From the human T2T-CHM13v2.0 reference genome, Homo sapiens, in NCBI RefSeq assembly GCF_009914755.1, contig NC_060936.1: DNA of 64,000 nucleotides. One strand, written 5' to 3'. Positions 54,049 through 64,000 of the stretch are shown one piece after another (position 1 is the first letter of the stretch; every line of letters starts with the position of its first letter). The notes below the pieces were generated by a model. The model was not told where the DNA came from. It ran no database searches and saw only the letters and a program-made list of their open reading frames with translations. The position numbers and the translations under genes are program-made.

Positions 54049-55740
54049 GGCTGACGTGGTGGCTCACGCCTATAATCCTAGTGCTTTGGGAGGCCAAGGT
54101 GGGAAGATTGCTTGAGCCTAGGAGTGCAAGGATTCAGTGAGCTGTGAGTGCACCACTGCGCCCCTGCCTGGATGGGAGAACAAGACCCTGTCTCAGAAAA
54201 AAATAAAAAAGGTGCTTAATGTGTAAGTTTAGTAATCTGGAAAAAATATTCATTATAGCTAGTAAGTGCTGGGGGGTGGGGGAAGACACAAAGTTACCAA
54301 ATAGCATGTACTATGTGACCCAATTTTTGTTAAAAGGGAAAAAAATAAAATGACAACAAAGAACACTGTGACACTGTGAATCCGCTTCCACTGCTGAAAA
54401 CAGGTCTCGGTTTTGCAGGTCTCTCTTCCACAAAAGGCAGGACCGGGCTAAGAACAGTAGCTGGCTGCACTGCTATTGCTCTGCCCTGTAAAGGATACCT
54501 TCAGTCCTTATGTGACTCAAAGCTGGCCTGTCCCCATCGCTGCCCCTCCGCGAGGGCAGGGGCGGGGAGGAGGCCTAGATTGCCACAGCAGTGCTACAAT
54601 GGATTTTAGTTACGGCCCCTTCCATAGCCTGATTTGGGGTCATTTAGGGATATTCATCCACTTATTTAACAAACATGTGTCTTATTTACCAGACACTGTG
54701 TTAAATGCCAAGGAGGCAGAGATGAGTAAGACAGGAGGTGGCTAGTTATAAATTCCTCGGCTGTGTCTTATTCATCTCTGCTTGCCTTATTTAGGGTAGT
54801 ACCAGGCACCTCCTAGGTAGGGGTTCCCTAAACAAATGATGAATGAACAGGGTCCCTGTCCTTCGAAAACTCACGGGCTAGGAAAGGGAAACTGATGAGC
54901 AAGTTTGTTATAGCGTTGGTAGTGGCATGTCCCGGAGGGACACACAGGAAGGATAATCCATTCCAGAGGGCAGGGTGAGGGGAAGAGTGGAGTGAATTCA
55001 GCCTTCATTGCTTTCACAAGCACTCTCTTCTGGACGGACGCTCCCATTAAGTCTAACAACCAGGCTATTTAGCGCCTCAGAGCCGAGAGAATATGTGCAA
55101 TGCCATTGAGGAGCCAGGACACAGGGCTCTTGTGTTAGGTTCCTAATGACGGTGATAAAGAAGACGATTTAGGCATCTGACTATTGCATCCAGTATGTTC
55201 TCTTTCCCTTTGCTATCTCTCAAGTCGAGGCAGCGAATGGGGAGAGGAGGACCCCTGGGGGATTCCCAGGTGCAGCCATTTTGTGCATGGCCATTCTGCT
55301 TCCTGGTTCATGACCCAACAGGAAGGACACAGCTGGGAGGGTCTTGATCAAGGGCAGGACCAGAGATGAGGCAGATCTGGGCACTGATAGATGACGATAA
55401 TTAAAAAGGTATGTAGGTCGGGCACAGTGGTTCATGCCTGTCATTCCAGGACTGTGGGAGGCTGAGGAGGGAGGATTGCTTGAGCCAAGGAGTTCAAGAC
55501 CAGCATGGGCAACATAGTGAGACCCCCATCTCTAAAAAGAAAAAAAATACAATAATTAGCTGGGCATGTTAGTACACATCTGTAGTCCTGGCTACTTGGG
55601 AAGCAGAGGTGTGAGGATTGTTTGAAACCAGGAGGTTGAGGTTGCAGTGAGTGGAGATTGTGCCACTGCACTCCAGCCTTAGTGACAGAGAGAGACCCTA
55701 TCAAAAAAAACAAAAACAAAAATAAAAACAAAGAAAACAA
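54049..55740 (+). mobile_element. Alu monomer (54049-54210) and AluJ-like element (55417-55740)
   Basis: Alu consensus; monomer flanked by aaaaggtgcttaa-like TSD. Confidence 0.82.
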
Positions 55741-56567
55741 AATTGACTCATTAAAATTAATCATTTAACAAATAGTTACAAAGTACCTACCCTGTGCTAG
55801 AAGCTCAGTCCTGGTTCCTCAACAATGAACAGAAGCATCCACCCTCCTGTGGTGGCCTCTCCAGTGAGAGCCCCGGGCCTCCTCAAGTGAGAATTCAATG
55901 GAAAGTGTAGTTTTAGGCCGGGAGCCCTGAGGACCCCAGGCACTGGGGAGTCTGTCTAAGGGAAAATGAGTAGGGGACCCAGAAAGGGGAAGGCCAGGGG
56001 CAGCCTGCGGCCCCCCCTGTGTCATCTTCCTCACCCTGAAAAGTTCCCTCTTGACCCTTTGGAGGTAGCCAGAGACTGCTGTCTATCCACCATCCAGAAA
56101 ATCCAGCCACCTACAGCTTCTGTAACCACCATGCGATTACTTCCAATCTCTCAAATGGGGTTTGCGGGCTCCCCTCCTTTCATAATTGTAGCTAACATCA
56201 TCGAGCACTTTCTATATGCCCAGCACTATTCTAAGTGGGTCACATGCAGTAACTCATGTTCAATTCTCACAATATCCCCATGAGATCAGTCCTGTGTCAT
56301 TCTTATCATACCCATTTTTCAGATGAGAACACTGAGGTACAGAAAGTAGAAATAGCTTGTTCAAGGTCTTACAGCTGATAATCTGTGGAGTTAGGACTTG
56401 AAGCCAGACAGACCGAACTCAGCACTCATTCTCCTCCCCTCTAGACTCTGATGCCTTTGAGAAGGCTATAATACAAGACACACAGGGTCCTGTCCCTATG
56501 GATTACAGTCCAATGGGGACAACAGAGAGTAAACCATAGTGATACCAATCTGATGAGTCTTGTATGG

Positions 56568-56674
56568 AAGGACCAACTGGTCCTGGCTTGCAGAGACTTT
56601 CTGGCTTTAGCACAGAAAGCCTCAAATTCTGGGAACCTCAGTCCTTGGCAAACTAGATGGTTGTACTAACCTAG
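56568..56674 (+). mobile_element. MER81-like hAT MITE
   Basis: gaccaactggtcctggcttgc...ggcaaactagatggttg..cct. Confidence 0.6.
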
Positions 56675-56884
56675 TTGTATGAAAAGGGAATCATGAAGTA
56701 CTATTATTTCTTTGCCTGATTTTGAAATTTACTAATTTGACAGGTGTCACATGGGATTTCACTGCTGTTTTTACATTGCCTTTCTTTTGATCACCACGGA
56801 GGCTGAACAATGTTCTCGATGCTTTTTAACCAGATTTAGTTTGTAGTTTGTGAATCAGTTTCTCCTAGAATTCGTCTGCTGAGG

Positions 56885-57400
<516 letters not shown>

Positions 57401-57719
57401 ATTTGGGTGTTTTTTGGAAGCTCTCCCTTTAGTAAAGTGGTTCTCACATTTGCTAAATGTGCACCTTAGAATCACCTGGGCAGTGTTACAAAATTCAGAT
57501 GCTCAGGCCCTACCCTGGACCAGATGAAGCCAGTCATGGGGAGTGGAACTTGGGCTTTGCTAGTTCATTACAAAATTTCTCAAGTGATTTCCTCATCTCT
57601 GTAGTGTTAAAATAAATTAAGATGAAGACCAGTGTGAAGAATCCCTGAGCAGACAAAGCCCGTTATGCTTCATAAGTGACCTTAATCTTCTTGATTTGCA
57701 AACATAAGCAAAACTGTAT

Positions 57720-59320
<1,601 letters not shown>

Positions 59321-59677
59321 TTCTCACTAGCTTTAAAAAATTCTCTTCCCTCCATTAGTTTCTCTCACATTGAAATGAGATGCTGATTCCTCCACATGCC
59401 TTCCCTCCCTCCAGATCAATGACAAAACGCATTCTCCTGTGCCCTAATCCAGGACAGCATTCTTGACAGGCAGAGCCCAGGATGGGGCAGTCCCGATGTA
59501 AACCCACAGTTTCGAGGAACCAGTTGGCCTTGGACCTCTCTGAAGAGCTCTGGAACCAGAAGGGGCTGGCGGTCCTCTAAGTCACCTTAGCCTACCTGGA
59601 GAGACCTCCGAGGCGGGAGGTAGGAGCTCCGTCCTTAAGGGCAGGTTTGAGAAGTCAAAAACGCTGGGGGCCCTGGG

Positions 59678-59695
59678 TACCACTAGGTGGCGCTC
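59678..59695 (+). promoter_or_regulatory. CTCF core motif TACCACTAGGTGGCGCTC
   Basis: Close match to the CC(A/G)(C/G)(C/T)AG(G/A)(G/T)GGC(G/A)(C/G) consensus in non-repeat, CpG-containing sequence. Confidence 0.7.
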
Positions 59696-60403
59696 AAAAC
59701 ATACAGTTGCTCTTGGAGGCCAACAGTGGACCGAAGAACCTCTGTTTAGCTAGATTTGGTCTGTGGGGCATTTGTTCTTTAAGTGAGATGCACTTTAGAG
59801 TCTAGAAGCTGCAAGGACCCCACGAGCTCTGGGTTGGTGGACTTGGTAATACTTTCTCTGACTTCCCTACTGACAAAGGAGGGAAGGCTTGAGAGGTGGT
59901 GCTGGTTGGAGGCTCCTGCGAGATGTCAGAAGCACCTACCTCCGTGTGGGCTGCTGAGACAAGCATGCCCACGCGGAGCCTCTGTGTGGTTATGAAGTGT
60001 CAACACCCCGGCCAGGCCTGTAAAGAATCTTAAAGAATCTACCCTGGGCTCCACGTCCCTTCCAGGCTGGCTCAATGCCCACACCCCTTCCAGATCCTGC
60101 CCCCTGCAGATACTTTGATCTACCCCACCACGTTAAGTATACTTTGGGGAAAGAGTCCTCTGGAGTCAGTTGGGAGGCTCAAGGTTTTGTCCTGCCTCTG
60201 CCGCTAGCAGTGTGCCTTGGGCAAGACTTGTACACATCTTTGCTAGATTCTGGACTGAGTCCAAATCCTGTCTTGACCACCCACAGCTATGGTGCCCTCT
60301 TAGGAATGTTACTTAATGTTACTTAACCTTCGTGAGCCTCAGGTTCACAACTGTCATCTGGAGATAATAAAGACACTCATCTCATCTCATAGTGTAGTGA
60401 AGT

Positions 60404-61237
<834 letters not shown>

Positions 61238-61289
61238 CATTCCTATTGTCACTAATTTTTGTACCTCTCCCATCCCAGCCCTAGCATAG

Positions 61290-62192
61290 GTTTACTTGTT
61301 TTCAATTGCTGCTCTAACACATTACTACTAATAGAATGGCTAAAAACAGCACAAATTTATTCTCTTACAGTTCTAGAGGTCAGAAGTCTATAACCAAGAT
61401 GTTGGCAGAGCTGTGTTCTCTCCGGAGACCTCAGGGGAAAATCCATTCCCTTGCTTTACCCAGCTTCCAGAGGCCATCCACGTTGCTGGCCTTGTGACCC
61501 CTTCTTACATCTCTCCAACCTCTTTCTTCTGTCACCCCATCTTCTGCTACTAATTTGATCCTCTTGCATCCTTTTAAGGATTTGTACCTTGGACCCATAC
61601 AGATAATCCAGGATAGTTTTCTCATCTCAAGATCCTTAATAACCTGTCTGCAAATTTTCTTTTACCATGGGCAGTAACATATTCGCAGGTTTCAAAGATT
61701 AGGATATGGATGTCTTTGGGGGCCATTATTCAGTGTAGCACTCTGCGAAAACAGATTCAGTTCAAAATAAATAAGGATTGGGAAAGGGCTTCATGTGGTT
61801 TTATCTTTATATCCCCAGTGCTATGATTTGAATGTTTGTGTTTCCTCAAAATTCATATGCTGAAAACTTAACCCCCAAGGTGATGGTATGAGGAGGTGGG
61901 GCCTTTGGGAGGTGATTAGGTTTAGACGAGGTCATGAGGATTGGGCTGTTATGATGGGATTGGTGCCCTTATAAAAACAGCCACAGAGAGACCTTTGCCC
62001 CTTCCACCACGTGAGGACACAGTGAGAAGGCACCGTCTAGGATCCAGGAAGTAGGCTCTTACCAGACACTGAATCTGTTGGCATCTTGATCTTGGACATC
62101 CAGCCTCCAGAACTGGGAGAAATAAATTTCTGTTGTGTATAAGCCACCTCGTCTGTGGTATTTTGTTATAGCAGCCTGAATGGATTAAAACA
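61290..62192. mobile_element. MLT1-like LTR (-, ~61290-61740) and MLT1A/MST-like LTR (+, 61819-62192)
   Basis: Second element has TG...CA ends and TSD CCCAG at 61814 and 62193. Confidence 0.78.
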
Positions 62193-62899
62193 CCCAGAGT
62201 CTAGCACATTGCCTGTTTGGCCTGGAAGGTACTTACTTACTGAATGAGTGAGTATGGTGAACATTACTGGTGCTCATCAATACCCAGCTCTCCTCTCCTT
62301 CTTTGGGTGGGGGCACATGACTAATGACTAGCTTTGGCCAATGAAAGTGAGCACAAGTGAGGTGTGTTACTTCCAGGCTGAGTCAGTGGAAGCCTCCATG
62401 TGACACTTCAGCCTCTGTCCTTCCCTGCCATGATAAATGTAGAGGCCTTCTCTCGAGATGGACTGAAGCAGCCTGGATTGTGTGTCACTGCATGGAGAAC
62501 AGGCACCCTGGATTGTTACCCGCACCTACCTGCTTATATAACCAAGAAACAAACTTAGGAAATTTGGGGAATGCTTGTCACTGTAGCATAGCCTATCTGA
62601 ATCTATCCAATGCAATGAGTTAATGGAACTGCCCAATCTTTAAGGTCCAAATCAAAACTATGTTATAGGTAGAAGAATCAGCCACACAACATACCTAACT
62701 AGTGGTCTTTGGCATGCCCAGGTGGGCGGGTAGTTCCCTCTGCTTCCATGTTTTGCCCAGTATCTAATACTGTATAGCCTCTCTGCTTTGGTTTCCTCAT
62801 CTGTAAAATCAGGAAAATAATAGTACCTACTTGAGACAACTGTTGAGAGATTATATGATTTAATGCATATAAAGCATTTTAAACAGTGCCTGACATGTG

Positions 62900-63870
<971 letters not shown>

Positions 63871-64000
63871 AATTCATTTAAAAAGTCTTACACATTGTCA
63901 TGTTTGTTTCTTCCTCTGAGACCATCAAAGTTTCTCGTCCTCCTCCTCCTCCTCTAACTCCTTAATAGACTTATGACTAATTAGAAATCTTTCTTGGAAA

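Overview
Human/hominid genomic DNA (Alu-dense, with a young SVA). Bases 1 to ~27.96 kb are the 3' half of TXNRD1 (cytosolic thioredoxin reductase 1) on the + strand. Seven coding exons (2978-3070, 3987-4063, 5157-5313, 9174-9281, 11876-11971, 16775-16909, 26008-26076) splice in frame to residues 256-499 and end in GGC TGC TGA GGT TAA = Gly-Cys-Sec-Gly-stop. The in-frame TGA is recoded as selenocysteine by a SECIS element at ~26292-26376. The ~1.9 kb 3'UTR has six AUUUA motifs, miR-125/miR-23/miR-124 seed matches and tandem ATTAAA poly(A) signals. The remaining ~36 kb shows no credible protein-coding gene; it is Alu/MIR/L1/L2/MaLR/ERV-LTR/MER repeats, a probable 3'UTR-only retrocopy and a strong CTCF motif. 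The main system (UGA-to-Sec recoding) is known biology. Less familiar observations: a hairpin enclosing the Sec and stop codons, alternative pairings in the SECIS, a candidate Alu poison exon that would remove the Sec tail, two opposite Alus inserted at one target site, inverted Alus around every internal exon, a diverged 130-bp intronic duplication and a template-switch scar. Repeat boundaries and subfamily names are by eye and approximate.
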